NCBI GenBank assembly: GCA_041642315.1
Contig: JBEPWQ010000001.1
Location: forward strand, 1-61,040
From: Desulfobacteraceae bacterium
Lineage (GTDB): Bacteria; Desulfobacterota; Desulfobacteria; Desulfobacterales; Desulfococcaceae
Direction: 5' to 3'
Length of the DNA: 61,040 bases
Every line of letters begins with the position of its first letter. Positions within the stretch are counted from its first letter, which is position 1. A program made the position numbers and the translations under genes. The notes below the pieces were generated by a model, which made no database searches, was not told where the DNA came from, and saw nothing but the letters and a program-made list of their open reading frames with translations. Below are positions 8,884 through 18,559 of the stretch, piece after piece.

Positions 8884-10638
8884 ATGAAGCTACCGCGGCC
8901 CAAAAGCTTATACCTTCCCGCCCTCGCCATCGTCGCATTGGTGCTGATTCTGCTGGTGTTTATCGGTTTTTCCACCTATCAGAACCTGGATCGGGCTCGG
9001 ACCCATGCCCTTCGGTTCGTTCACCGGGAAGGGGTCGCCCTGCTGCAGGCGATCGAAGCCGGTACCCGGGCCTGGATGATGACCCCCATGTGGCATGGGG
9101 ATTCCGTCGAACGGCTGATTGTGGAAACCGGCCGAAGCGAAGACATCGCCTATATCTATTTACTCGATCCTGCAGGGCGGGTGATTCATCATTCCGGCGC
9201 CCGGATCGAATCGGCGAATCCCGATTGGCTGCCGGATTTTTCTGAGGCGGATCGGGTGGTGAGCCGATTCCGACGGCTGCCGAACGGCACCCCGGTGTAT
9301 GAGCTGGCCAAACCGTTCGAACCGGTGCCGGCGGGCATGAACGACATGGCTTTCCGCCAGGCCCTGACCTTGCGGCGCCGTTCCACCGAGTCTCATCTGG
9401 ACGAAGACGCCGTTCTGGTGATCGGGCTCAAGATGACGACTTTCGAGGAGGCCCGCCGCGAAGATCTCCATCATGCATTTGTCATGGCCGCCATTCTGGT
9501 GGCTCTGGCCGCGGGTGCTTTCTTTTTCATTTTCGTAATCCACAGCTACCATCGAATGAATCGGACCCTGAAGCAGACCCGGGACTACACCCAGCAGGTG
9601 GTGGACAGCATGGCCAACGGATTGCTGAGCATCGATGCCGAAGGCCGGGTGCTCACTTTCAACCATCTCTCCCTGATCCTGATGGGGTTGGATCGGGATG
9701 TGCTCGAGGGGATGGACCTTCGAACCCTGTTCGATTTTCAATTGACCGGCATTGCCGAGACCCTCACCCGGTGCCGGTCGGTTTTAGACCGAGAGGTGCT
9801 TCACCGAACCCCCGGCGGAGAAACCATCCCTCTGGCCCTGAGTGTCACCCCGATTCCGGATAGATCCGGTAACTGCGACGGTGCGGTGATTATTCTGCGG
9901 GATCTGCGGGAAATCAAGCGCCTCCAGGAGCAGGTCCGGCGGACGGAGAGGCTGGCGGCCGTCGGTAAAATGTCTGCCGCCGTGGCCCATGAAATACGAA
10001 ATCCCCTGAGTTCCATTCGAGGGTTTGCGCAATTTCTGGAAAAAGCCCTGAAAGACCGCCCCAAACAAGGAGAGTATGCCGCCATTATGGTCAAGGAGGT
10101 CGACCGGATCAACCGGGTGGTCACTGACCTGCTCACCTTTGCCCGCCCCATGGAGACCGAACCGACACCATCGAATGCGGACGAACTGATCGACCACACC
10201 TTTCGCCTGGTGGCGGCAGATGCCGAGTCCCGGGAAGTCAGTCTGAACAAGCGGGTCTCTCCTGAACTCGACACTGTCTATTTGGATTCGGGCCAGATGA
10301 CCCAGGTCCTACTGAACCTGATTCTCAACGCCATGCAGGAGGCAAAAGCGGGGGACACGATTGAAATCGGGGCGGCGCCCGATGAGACGGGCGAGGGTCT
10401 GCGGATCTGGGTGGCGGATGAAGGACCCGGTATTTCCACCGAAAATATCGAACGGATCTTCGATCCTTTTTTTACCACCCGGGAAAAGGGAACCGGCCTG
10501 GGATTGGCCATTGTTCAGAAAATAGTGGAAAACCACCGGGGAATGATTCAGGTGGAAAGCCCCGCCCCGGGCAAAGAGCGCGGAAGCCGGTTTTCCATTC
10601 GCATTCCCCAGGACCCCCGGCAAGAAAGGAATCCATGA
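8884..10638 (+). CDS. Sensor histidine kinase (TM-sensor, PAS, HisKA, HATPase; ZraS/AtoS-like)
   Basis: Two TM segments flank a ~170-aa loop. PAS-like region, canonical H-box AAVAHEIRNPLSSI, N box LNLILNAMQ, DEGPGI, FFTTREKGTGLGL. Confidence 0.9.
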   Translation: MKLPRPKSLYLPALAIVALVLILLVFIGFSTYQNLDRARTHALRFVHREGVALLQAIEAGTRAWMMTPMWHGDSVERLIVETGRSEDIAYIYLLDPAGRVIHHSGARIESANPDWLPDFSEADRVVSRFRRLPNGTPVYELAKPFEPVPAGMNDMAFRQALTLRRRSTESHLDEDAVLVIGLKMTTFEEARREDLHHAFVMAAILVALAAGAFFFIFVIHSYHRMNRTLKQTRDYTQQVVDSMANGLLSIDAEGRVLTFNHLSLILMGLDRDVLEGMDLRTLFDFQLTGIAETLTRCRSVLDREVLHRTPGGETIPLALSVTPIPDRSGNCDGAVIILRDLREIKRLQEQVRRTERLAAVGKMSAAVAHEIRNPLSSIRGFAQFLEKALKDRPKQGEYAAIMVKEVDRINRVVTDLLTFARPMETEPTPSNADELIDHTFRLVAADAESREVSLNKRVSPELDTVYLDSGQMTQVLLNLILNAMQEAKAGDTIEIGAAPDETGEGLRIWVADEGPGISTENIERIFDPFFTTREKGTGLGLAIVQKIVENHRGMIQVESPAPGKERGSRFSIRIPQDPRQERNP

Positions 10639-11996
10639 ACCCGAAGGTGTTGATCGTTGACGATGACGCATCCCATCGCCGAATGCTGGAGGCGGTGCTC
10701 ACGGCGGAAGGATATTCGGTGACCCACGCCGAGGACGGGCGTCAGGCGGTCTCCGCCGTGGAAGACCGGTTTTACGATCTGATTCTGATGGATGTCCGCA
10801 TGAGCCGGATGAGCGGTATCGAGGCCCTGAAGGAAATCAAGGAAATCAGTCCGGGGATTCCCATCATTATCATGACCGCCTATGCTTCGGTAGGCAGTGC
10901 GGTGGATGCGCTCAAAGCAGGGGCTTATGACTATTTGACCAAACCCCTGGATATCGATGAGTTGAAAATCCTGATCGAAAAGGCTTTCCAGTTTCGTCGT
11001 CTGGAGCAGGAAAACCGATACCTGAAGGAGCGGATCGGGGATCGGTTCGATTTTTCCAACATCATCGGCCGCAGCGACCCCATGAAGAGACTTTTCGAAA
11101 CGGTCTCGCTGGTGGCGCCCACCGAAGCCACCGTCTTGATCGTGGGCGAAAGCGGTACCGGCAAAGAACTGATCGCCAATGCGATTCATCAGAACAGCCC
11201 CCGTCGAGACAAGCCGTTTGTCACCGTCAACTGCGCGGCCCTGCCCGAAACCCTTTTGGAGAGTGAACTTTTCGGCCATGAAAAGGGCGCCTTTACCGGC
11301 GCGACCCGGCGCAAACAGGGCCGTTTTCGCCAGGCCCACACCGGTTCCATTTTTCTCGATGAAATCGCGGAGACATCCGCCGCCACACAGCCCAAGCTGC
11401 TTCGGGTGCTTCAGGAACAGACCTTCGAACCGCTGGGCGGATCTCAGACCGTGAAGGTGGATATTCGGGTGATTGCGGCCACCAACCGGAATCTTGAGAC
11501 GGAAATCGAAGCGGGCCGCTTTCGGGAAGACCTCTTTTACCGGGTGAACGTGGTGACCCTTCCGATTCCGCCCCTTCGGAACCGGCGGGAAGACATCCTT
11601 TTGCTGTCCGACCATTTCCTCAAAATATACGCCGAAAAAAATCGGCGGCTCATCAAAGGTTTCGCCCCAAGGGCCACCGATCTTCTCATGCGCTATTCCT
11701 GGCCGGGCAATGTCCGGGAGTTGGAAAACGCGGTGGAGCGGGCCGCCATTCTGGCTCGGGGGGACGTGATCACCCCCGAAGACCTGCCCGAAGCCCTCAA
11801 AGATCCGGATGAAGATGCCCGATCATTCCAATCCCCCATCTTCAGACCGGGCACCTCCCTCAAGGAGATGGAAAAAGAGATGATCCTGCAAACCCTTCAA
11901 GATACCCACGGCAACCGCACCCGAACCGCTGAGATCCTTGGGATCAGCCGCCGGACGCTTCAGATGAAGTTGAAGGCGTATGGAGTGAATCCGTGA
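10635..11996 (+). CDS. Sigma54-dependent response regulator (NtrC/ZraR family)
   Basis: ATGA overlap with the kinase gene. Canonical receiver (VDDD, MDVRM, MTA, LTKP), AAA+ domain with GESGTGKE and GAFTGA, C-terminal Fis-type HTH. Confidence 0.95.
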   Translation: MNPKVLIVDDDASHRRMLEAVLTAEGYSVTHAEDGRQAVSAVEDRFYDLILMDVRMSRMSGIEALKEIKEISPGIPIIIMTAYASVGSAVDALKAGAYDYLTKPLDIDELKILIEKAFQFRRLEQENRYLKERIGDRFDFSNIIGRSDPMKRLFETVSLVAPTEATVLIVGESGTGKELIANAIHQNSPRRDKPFVTVNCAALPETLLESELFGHEKGAFTGATRRKQGRFRQAHTGSIFLDEIAETSAATQPKLLRVLQEQTFEPLGGSQTVKVDIRVIAATNRNLETEIEAGRFREDLFYRVNVVTLPIPPLRNRREDILLLSDHFLKIYAEKNRRLIKGFAPRATDLLMRYSWPGNVRELENAVERAAILARGDVITPEDLPEALKDPDEDARSFQSPIFRPGTSLKEMEKEMILQTLQDTHGNRTRTAEILGISRRTLQMKLKAYGVNP

Positions 11997-12003
11997 ATTG
12001 TAA

Positions 12004-12171
12004 TTACATCCGAAACCGCGTCCCCGGCGGAAAAGGGAGCCCGAAAATCCGATCCAGCACCCGAAGGCGTTCTTCGTCATCCGCCAGGGTGCGGCTGGTG
12101 ACCGTCTGACCCTCATCCGTGATCAGTTCGTAATTCCGCAGAAAGCGCCTTGCCTCGGGGAAATATTTCAT
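12004..12171 (-). pseudogene. Probable remnant of the C-terminus of an arylamine N-acetyltransferase-like gene
   Basis: 55 codons (MKYFPEARRFLRNYELITDEGQTVTSRTLADDEERLRVLDRIFGLPFPPGTRFRM*) resemble the last strand/helix of NAT-family proteins. No room for the catalytic domain, because DUF1622 ends at 12195. Confidence 0.3.
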
Positions 12172-12194
12172 AAGTTCTGATGTTTCCGGTGCGG

Positions 12195-12545
12195 TTATTG
12201 CTGCCAGGGCCATTTGCCGGTCATTTCCACCTCCAGGGTAAAGCTGAGGAAGGTTCGGATGAGCACGATGATGGCCAGCACCGCCACGCTGTGCAGGGAT
12301 AATTCCACCGCCACCGTGTTGATGATGTCTGCTGCCACCAGAAATTCGAGGCCCAGCAGAACTCCGCGAATGAGGCGATTGCGGGTTTCCTGAAAAATGG
12401 TGCCGGCATCGGTTCCTTGAATGAGCCTGAAGAGGGCGTAACCGAGGGCGTACAGGGCCAGGGCGGTAATGAGGGCCAGCCCGAGAATCTCCAATATGGC
12501 CGCACACCATTCGGCAAAGGGTTTGACGAATTCAGTCATGGTCAT
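12195..12545 (-). CDS. DUF1622-family small membrane protein
   Basis: 116 aa with 3-4 hydrophobic helices. The RGVLLGLEFLVAADIINTV motif is typical of DUF1622. Confidence 0.75.
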   Translation of the reverse strand: MTMTEFVKPFAEWCAAILEILGLALITALALYALGYALFRLIQGTDAGTIFQETRNRLIRGVLLGLEFLVAADIINTVAVELSLHSVAVLAIIVLIRTFLSFTLEVEMTGKWPWQQ

Positions 12546-12929
12546 TTATCAGGGTCAACATGCCGATGAATAGCCTTCCAGCTTGCCAAAAAGCGGTATT
12601 TCAGAGAGGGCGGTATCTCCATCTTTATTTCCATTCTCCATCATTCGGAGAGTCTGCAAAGCCTTCCAGGAGAAGTCGATATCGATGCGGATCAGGGCGG
12701 CATGGTTATGCCGCAGCGGCTGAAACATCTTCAACCTTTCAGCTTATGCTGCTGATTTCAATGAGGGTTTTTCCGGATTTTGGCGGGGCGGGGGATGATT
12801 TATTTCAATCCGATACATCATTCTTTGTATCAGAATACAGGCTTTCCCGTATGTTTCTTTCGAATATAATGAAATATACGTAGTAATATTCAACGACTAT
12901 ACCTTTTCTTGAATCGGAGTTGCTTGAAA

Positions 12930-14018
12930 ATGCGCTTGCTGTGGGCGGACATCTTGAAAATAATCGCAATCTTCGGGGTCATTCTCCTGCACGTCTCCGC
13001 GACCTTCCTGGTGCCCTTCGAGAGGTCCCGGGACTGGTGGATCGGGAATATCTATGATTCCCTTTCCCGGTGGTGTGTCCCGCTGTTCGTCATGGTCAGC
13101 GGGTCTCTCATCCTTCCGGGTGCCGGAAAACAGCCCCTTCGGCGATTTCTCCTGACCCGGGTCCGGAGAATTCTGATTCCGTTCCTGGTCTGGAGCGGGA
13201 TCTATTTTTTCTATCGCATTCACATCAAGGGCGACGATCTCGCCCTTTCCGAATTTTTTCCGATGCTGCTCACCGAACCGGTTTACTACCACCTCTGGTT
13301 CATCTATATGCTGATCGTCCTCTATCTCTTTGCACCGGCTGCCTCCACTTTTCTGACGACAGCACCCGCCAGGCACATCTGGTATCTTATCGGGCTCTGG
13401 TTCTTATGGGCCTCCCTTCTGCCTATTCTCGATCAGCCGCTCGATTTTGAAACGTACTACAATCCGGATATGGACGACTATTCACCCCTGAAACTTTCAG
13501 GCTATTTTCTTCTCGGCTTTATTCTCAAAGACCGGTACGCCCGATCGGGAGGATCATTTTCTATGGTCCTGCTCATCTTTATGTTCGGTGGGGCCGCCAC
13601 CATACTCGGCACCTATATGATGAGCCTGAACCGGGGTGAATTTCACCCCTTTTTTTACAAATATTTCAGCTTCACCGTCGTCGCCATGACCGTTTCGCTT
13701 TTTCTGTTGGTGAAAAGCATCTTTCACACCCGCAGAGAAACCACGGAAGAAGGTGATGAACGGATACGAATGAACTCCCCGAAATTTATTCAGAAGATCG
13801 GCATGAGCGTCTTCGGGGTCTATCTGGCCCATGCCCTGGTTCTCGAACTGCTTCGTGACGGGCGTTTCGGGTTCACCATCGATCACACCAGCGCCTTCGG
13901 CGCGGCGCTTTCCCCGGCGATTGGAATACCGGTTTTCGCAGTCACTGTTTTCACCCTTTCGCTGGTCCCGGTTTTGATCATTCGTTTCATACCTATTTTG
14001 AGAGATCTGATTGCATGA
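12930..14018 (+). CDS. Acyltransferase-3 family membrane O-acyltransferase
   Basis: ORF 12909 (TTG)-14018; first ATG at 12930. WADILKIIAIFGVILLHVSA and about 10 TM segments are typical of the acyltransferase 3 family. Confidence 0.8.
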   Translation: MRLLWADILKIIAIFGVILLHVSATFLVPFERSRDWWIGNIYDSLSRWCVPLFVMVSGSLILPGAGKQPLRRFLLTRVRRILIPFLVWSGIYFFYRIHIKGDDLALSEFFPMLLTEPVYYHLWFIYMLIVLYLFAPAASTFLTTAPARHIWYLIGLWFLWASLLPILDQPLDFETYYNPDMDDYSPLKLSGYFLLGFILKDRYARSGGSFSMVLLIFMFGGAATILGTYMMSLNRGEFHPFFYKYFSFTVVAMTVSLFLLVKSIFHTRRETTEEGDERIRMNSPKFIQKIGMSVFGVYLAHALVLELLRDGRFGFTIDHTSAFGAALSPAIGIPVFAVTVFTLSLVPVLIIRFIPILRDLIA

Positions 14019-15112
14019 AACTTTCAAAACCGATCCGCACCGGCTTTATCTCTTTTTTCGGTCTGCTCTTTCTGTTCGGCTTTTGGGGAAAAGAGAACGC
14101 CGACATTCAGTTTGTTCCGGAGTACACCTCGTTCACGCAGGTGGCAAAGCTTGCCCTGCGCGAGCTGCCCAAACGGGAGGCATGGCAGGAGGCCGCGCCC
14201 GATGTTGTCGAGATAGAAATCCCTCGGGAAAACGGAGAACCTGATCAGCCCGCGCTCTGGTATCATTCGGGAACCGAAAAGAAGAAGCCGCTCCTTCTGG
14301 TCCTTCACAGCTGGAGTGCCGACTACCTGCAGCACTATGGGATTCCCTACGCGGTATTCACCGCAAAAAATGACTGGATATTCATCCATCCCAATTATCG
14401 CGGCAAGTTCGATGATGCGGACGCCACCGGATCCGAAAAAGCGGTTCGGGATGTGCTCGCCGCCCTCGAATACGCCAAATCCCATGCGCCGGTGAACGAA
14501 GATCGCATCTATCTGGCCGGATTTTCCGGCGGGGCCATGATGTCGCTCATCATGGCGGGGCGTTATCCCGAAAAATTCACCGCCGCCCTGGTCTGGGTGC
14601 CGGTGTACGATATGAACGACTGGTACGGTACCGTGATTCAGTCCCGGTACGAGTATACCGAACACTATAAACACGATATTGAAGCCTCCTGCGGCGGAAA
14701 CCCGCATTCGAATGAAAAAGCAAAGGAGGAATGCCGGATACGAAGTCCCTCTTCTTATCTGGCCAATGCACGGGACAAAGGGGTGAAGATTCTCATCAGC
14801 GGAGGGATTCAGGACCACTTCGTTCCGCCCTCGCATGCCGTCCGCGCTTTCAACGATCTTGCGGAGGAGGATGACAAAATCACGGAAGCGGACTACCGCT
14901 TCATGGACGACACCGAAACGCTTCCCGACGGGCTGACAGGGCAGGGGAAAGAAAACCGGTTTTTTAAAGAGGCGGAACTGCCGGTGGTGTTTGTACGGAA
15001 ATCCGGGAATGTTACCCTCGTTCTCTTTGACGGCGGCCACAATATCGTTTACAATGCGGGATTTTTATGGCTTTCGAAACAACACCGCGGATTCGGAAAA
15101 GATGACCTATGA
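14015..15112 (+). CDS. Secreted alpha/beta-hydrolase (S9/esterase-like)
   Basis: ATGA overlap with the upstream gene. N-terminal signal-like segment, nucleophile elbow GFSGGAM, later D and GGH residues consistent with a Ser-Asp-His triad. Confidence 0.75.
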   Translation: MKLSKPIRTGFISFFGLLFLFGFWGKENADIQFVPEYTSFTQVAKLALRELPKREAWQEAAPDVVEIEIPRENGEPDQPALWYHSGTEKKKPLLLVLHSWSADYLQHYGIPYAVFTAKNDWIFIHPNYRGKFDDADATGSEKAVRDVLAALEYAKSHAPVNEDRIYLAGFSGGAMMSLIMAGRYPEKFTAALVWVPVYDMNDWYGTVIQSRYEYTEHYKHDIEASCGGNPHSNEKAKEECRIRSPSSYLANARDKGVKILISGGIQDHFVPPSHAVRAFNDLAEEDDKITEADYRFMDDTETLPDGLTGQGKENRFFKEAELPVVFVRKSGNVTLVLFDGGHNIVYNAGFLWLSKQHRGFGKDDL

Positions 15113-15893
15113 GAAAATGATTTGTAATCTCGATCCCAAAATATTGTTTCGCGGCATATCCCTTGCCGCTGCAGCGCTGATGACCGTCGCTTTGAGTTTT
15201 TGCCAAACCGCAATCGCCCAGACGAATCCCATGGGTGATTCGCCCGGCCGCCCGGAAACGGAACCGCAAGAGGAATTGATCGGGTTTTCTTTGCTCGAAC
15301 AGCGCCTCCTTCAGCAGGGGCTGATCGATGTCCGTTTGATCGACCCGTCGATCGTGGTGGATCTCAAATACGCCAAAGCGGACAACTTTATGGGCACCGA
15401 CATCTACGGCGATTACACCCGCGCCTATCTTCGGCCTGAAGCTGCCTGGAAGCTGGTGAGGGCCAATGAAATTCTTCAGGAGCGCCACCCGAACCTGCGT
15501 ATCCTGGTGGGCGACGCTCTCCGGCCCCGTTCCGTCCAGCGAAAGATGTGGCAGCTGGTCGCCGGCACCCCCATGCAGCCCTACGTCGCAAACCCGAAAT
15601 GGGGCTCGATGCACAATTACGGCGCGGCGGTGGATGTCACTCTCTACGATGTCGAGACGGAGGAGAGACTCGATATGGGCACCCCGCTCGACCACTTCGG
15701 CCCCTTGGCACAGCCGAAGCTGGAAGACCGGTTTTTAAAAGAGGGAAAATTGAGCCGGGATCAGGTCGAAAACCGACGGATTCTGAGAAGCGCCATGAAA
15801 GGGGCCGGATGGCATCCGCTCAATATTGAATGGTGGCATTTCAACGCATTTTCCAAGGATTACATCCGCCGGAATTATTCGATTATCGAATAA
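15102..15893 (+). CDS. D-alanyl-D-alanine dipeptidase (VanX/DdpX-like M15 peptidase), exported
   Basis: ORF 14991-15893; I prefer ATG 15102 (or 15117) near the upstream stop. Signal peptide ...ALSFCQTAIAQ. VanX-family motifs RPRSVQRKMW, SMHNYGAAVDVTL, EWWHF. Confidence 0.8.
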   Translation: MTYEKMICNLDPKILFRGISLAAAALMTVALSFCQTAIAQTNPMGDSPGRPETEPQEELIGFSLLEQRLLQQGLIDVRLIDPSIVVDLKYAKADNFMGTDIYGDYTRAYLRPEAAWKLVRANEILQERHPNLRILVGDALRPRSVQRKMWQLVAGTPMQPYVANPKWGSMHNYGAAVDVTLYDVETEERLDMGTPLDHFGPLAQPKLEDRFLKEGKLSRDQVENRRILRSAMKGAGWHPLNIEWWHFNAFSKDYIRRNYSIIE

Positions 15894-15902
15894 TTCCGGC
15901 CC

Positions 15903-16301
15903 TCAGCCGATCAACCACTGCACCGCCAGACCGCCGAGTATGCCATATTTGAGGCGGTAGTGAACCGTGTCGATCATTTCCGTGCCCTCAGCAGCCGGGC
16001 GAAACAGATGGTGATGGTGCCAGAACCGATAAGGCCCGAAACGCTGCTCGTCCACGAAACTGTGCGGCGGGTCGACATGGGTGATTTCCGTAATCCATGA
16101 AATCGGGATTCCTAAAATCGGCGTCAACCGATAGCGGATGAGCATTCCCGGGAACATTCTGTCCGGTACTTCTCCGGTGTTCCTAAACTTCATCCAGGGC
16201 GGGGTAATCGTCGGCAGATTGAGCGGAGATGAGAAGAACCGCCAGGCATCCTCCATTGGGATCGATAATTTTTGAACCCGGCGGAGACGGTACAGTTTCA
16301 T
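15903..16301 (-). CDS. SRPBCC-superfamily protein
   Basis: 132 aa. The pattern AWRFFSSPLNL...W...FVDEQRFGPYRFWHHHH resembles the SRPBCC ligand-binding fold proteins often fused to SDR-like domains. Confidence 0.65.
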   Translation of the reverse strand: MKLYRLRRVQKLSIPMEDAWRFFSSPLNLPTITPPWMKFRNTGEVPDRMFPGMLIRYRLTPILGIPISWITEITHVDPPHSFVDEQRFGPYRFWHHHHLFRPAAEGTEMIDTVHYRLKYGILGGLAVQWLIG

Positions 16302-16756
16302 CGGTTTTGATCCTTCTCCCGCATCTCCTGCCGCCGCATCGGCATGCTGTCGATCCGGTCGAATATTTCCTGAAGATCCGCATGCCGTTCGCGAGTCATT
16401 TTTACACCGCCATCTTTTCCGATGAGAATCACCGTTAACCGGCCGGGTTCCGCCTTGAACCGTCGGCGCAGTTCGTCGGCCTCAGCCGCAGGCAGCGGCC
16501 GATCCTCCAAACGGGATTCTCCCGCCTCGAACACCCGAAACACCACCAGATCCCGGTCCCTGACCCCGGCGGCATTTTCCGTCAACTGCCGCTCGAAAGC
16601 CGTGAACTCGGCATGGAACGGCGCAGGGGAGAAGACCATAAGAATACGATTTTCCCACTGGTAATTCGCAAGATCAATTCCCCAGGCCGGGGAAAATGCC
16701 GTCAATATGCCGGCCCCGAGAGAGAAGAACGCTTTTTTAGAATAAGATGTTTTCAT
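16298..16756 (-). CDS. DUF4174-family exported protein
   Basis: Signal peptide, NRILMVFSP and TVILIGKDGGVKM motifs typical of DUF4174. 4-nt overlap with the downstream gene. Confidence 0.7.
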   Translation of the reverse strand: MKTSYSKKAFFSLGAGILTAFSPAWGIDLANYQWENRILMVFSPAPFHAEFTAFERQLTENAAGVRDRDLVVFRVFEAGESRLEDRPLPAAEADELRRRFKAEPGRLTVILIGKDGGVKMTRERHADLQEIFDRIDSMPMRRQEMREKDQNR

Positions 16757-16921
16757 GGTTCAAATTCTCTGTTTGTGTGAAAGATTCATCTCTTCAATAT
16801 ATGTCCTCATTCCGGGACGGCAAATCTGCATTACGCTCTCCTGGAAAAACCTTGACCCATTCGGGACCGGCGTTATGTTTGGTAATCGGTCGCAAAACAG
16901 AGCGGAAACGGAACGGGAATC

Positions 16922-17404
16922 ATGAAGGCCATCAACCAAAATCTGGAACTCACCCCGATGGGGCTGTATTGCAGTGCCGGAGATTTTTACATCGACCCCC
17001 GGCGGCCGGTGAAGCGCGCTATTATTACACATGGCCATGCGGACCACGCCCGGTGGGGATCTGAATCCTACCTGTGCACGCAAGAGAGCAAAGGCCTTCT
17101 TCAGGTCCGACTGGGAAGCGACGCCAAGATCAAGGCTATGGCCTGCGGCGAGGTCCGAACGATCAACGGGCTTCGGCTTTCGCTGCATTCGGCCGGCCAC
17201 ATCCTCGGTTCGGCCCAGGTCCGGATCGAACGGTCGGTGCGGCCGGTCCTGGCCTTCGAAATCGCTTTTGAGGGGATTCAGCCCTCCACCCGCCACAAAT
17301 CGGGGGTGGCGGTGCGGTTTCCGCGCATTCACCGGTGGCGCCATGACAAAACCGTGGCGGAAATCGATACCATGGATGGGCTCAAGGCGCTGCTGCCGGG
17401 CTGA
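16922..17404 (+). pseudogene. Chimeric remnant: N-terminus of the ligase-associated DNA-damage-response MBL exonuclease fused in frame to the C-terminus of an ATP-dependent DNA ligase
   Basis: Residues 1-~103 (GLYCSAGDFYIDPRRPV..AIITHGHADHARWG..LHSAGHILGSAQVRIE) match the metallo-beta-lactamase exonuclease. Residues ~105-160 (PVLAFEIAFEGIQPSTRHKSGVAVRFPRIHRWRHDKTVAEIDTMDGLKALL) match the OB-domain end of ATP-dependent ligases. The junction is near 17230-17245. Confidence 0.6.
17303..17404 (+). repeat. Direct repeat A (ligase 3'-end segment), 102 bp
   Basis: Aligns base for base with 18814-18915 with 7 mismatches (hand alignment). Both copies end in the same ...CTGCTGCCGGGCTGA stop. Confidence 0.85.
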
Positions 17405-17573
17405 GGACGAGGTGCACCGGTGTGGGACCGCCCTGTTCTCCGGTTTCGCCGGCACGCAATTGTGCCGGTCACCGGATCGGTTTGAATTGAAACTTCTGCC
17501 CGCCGATGGATTAGCTAGTGTCGTCTTGCGGAAATCCGTTTCATAATGCCTTCTCCTGGGTTTGGTATGTCCA

Positions 17574-18365
17574 TTAATTCAAACCGGCATCCCATTCATA
17601 GTTATCACTGAGGCCGTCTCCATCGGCATCCACGAAATTTTTCATTCCAAGATCATGATACATTTGCCACGTCTGAAATGGATCATGGATCGTATCATTG
17701 TTTTCATCCATAAACGGGCCGAAATCGAATGAATGAAACAGCGGCGTGTTCTGCACCACATCCACAATTCCGTCACCGTTTTCATCCACAAACGCCATGC
17801 CGCCGGTCACCTCTGAGAACCGGCCCGGGTGGATGAATACATCCTCGTCCAGATCAACATCGAAATTTTCGTAGAGGTGAAAACCATATCCCATAAAACC
17901 GAGGCCCGGTACATAATTGTCACAGATTCCGTCACCATCGATATCGACAAAGTTCTTCATCCCGAGAGCCATGTACATCTCCCGGGTTTGAAAGGGATCA
18001 TGGATCGAGTCGCCGTTTTGATCGATAAATGGACCGAAACCGGAGGAATGGAATCGTGGCGTATTTTGAACGATATCCTCGATTTTGTCTCCATTTTCAT
18101 CCACAAAGGGCATGCCTCCCGTCACCTCCGAAAAGCGGCCCGGGTGGACAAAAGGATCTTCCCAGGTCGGTACATACAATCGGTCATAATGGCGCATCCG
18201 AGCCTGAACAGGGCCGCCCATTCGGAACGCCTCATGTTCCGGATCGGTAAACCCCCCGTCGTCCATGTGCCTGCCGAAGTCCCCGGGAGTGCCGTGCTGC
18301 GCCCCGACCTGAAGCGGAACCATCATGAATACGACCAGAGAAAAAAATATCCATCTAAATTTCAT
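17574..18365 (-). CDS. Secreted protein with two ~82-aa internal repeats carrying DxDGD/DENGD acidic motifs, function unknown
   Basis: Signal peptide MKFRWIFFSLVVFMMVPLQVGAQ. Repeats HPGRFSEVTGGM.FVDENGD.I.D.VQNTP.FHS..FGPF.D.N.D.IHDPFQT..MY..LGMKNFVD.DGDG..DNY occur twice. GC is visibly lower than the flanks (about 42 percent in a 96-nt hand count at the 3' end). Confidence 0.8.
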   Translation of the reverse strand: MKFRWIFFSLVVFMMVPLQVGAQHGTPGDFGRHMDDGGFTDPEHEAFRMGGPVQARMRHYDRLYVPTWEDPFVHPGRFSEVTGGMPFVDENGDKIEDIVQNTPRFHSSGFGPFIDQNGDSIHDPFQTREMYMALGMKNFVDIDGDGICDNYVPGLGFMGYGFHLYENFDVDLDEDVFIHPGRFSEVTGGMAFVDENGDGIVDVVQNTPLFHSFDFGPFMDENNDTIHDPFQTWQMYHDLGMKNFVDADGDGLSDNYEWDAGLN

Positions 18366-18559
18366 GCCGTTTACCTCCTTATTTTAATTAATTGATACTC
18401 TTCTGCCTTTCATACTAGGGTAAGATCCGTTACTTTAAATTGCAAATGGATGCGGTATTTTGAAAACCGGTCCCTTTTCCCACCATCCTCGAACATACCG
18501 TCGGCTATTTCAGGGGTCCCGATGCGGTCTGGGTGCAGACGCCCCAGGAAAGCACCTTT

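Noticed and set aside
12546-12610. Search for sigma54 (-24 TGGCAC / -12 TTGC) promoters near the two enhancer-binding regulators, for example TGGCAAGCTGGAAGGC upstream of the DUF1622 gene. The spacers at 8647-8883, 33063-33626 and 48632-48770 were also searched.
   Set aside because: The best candidate has the GG and GC elements one nucleotide out of register and lacks the TTGC. The other spacers gave nothing closer, so no sigma54 promoter is called.
12560-12883. 107-aa ORF in the AT-rich spacer upstream of the acyltransferase gene
   Set aside because: No RBS, atypical composition and no recognisable motif. The region looks like a promoter or regulatory spacer.
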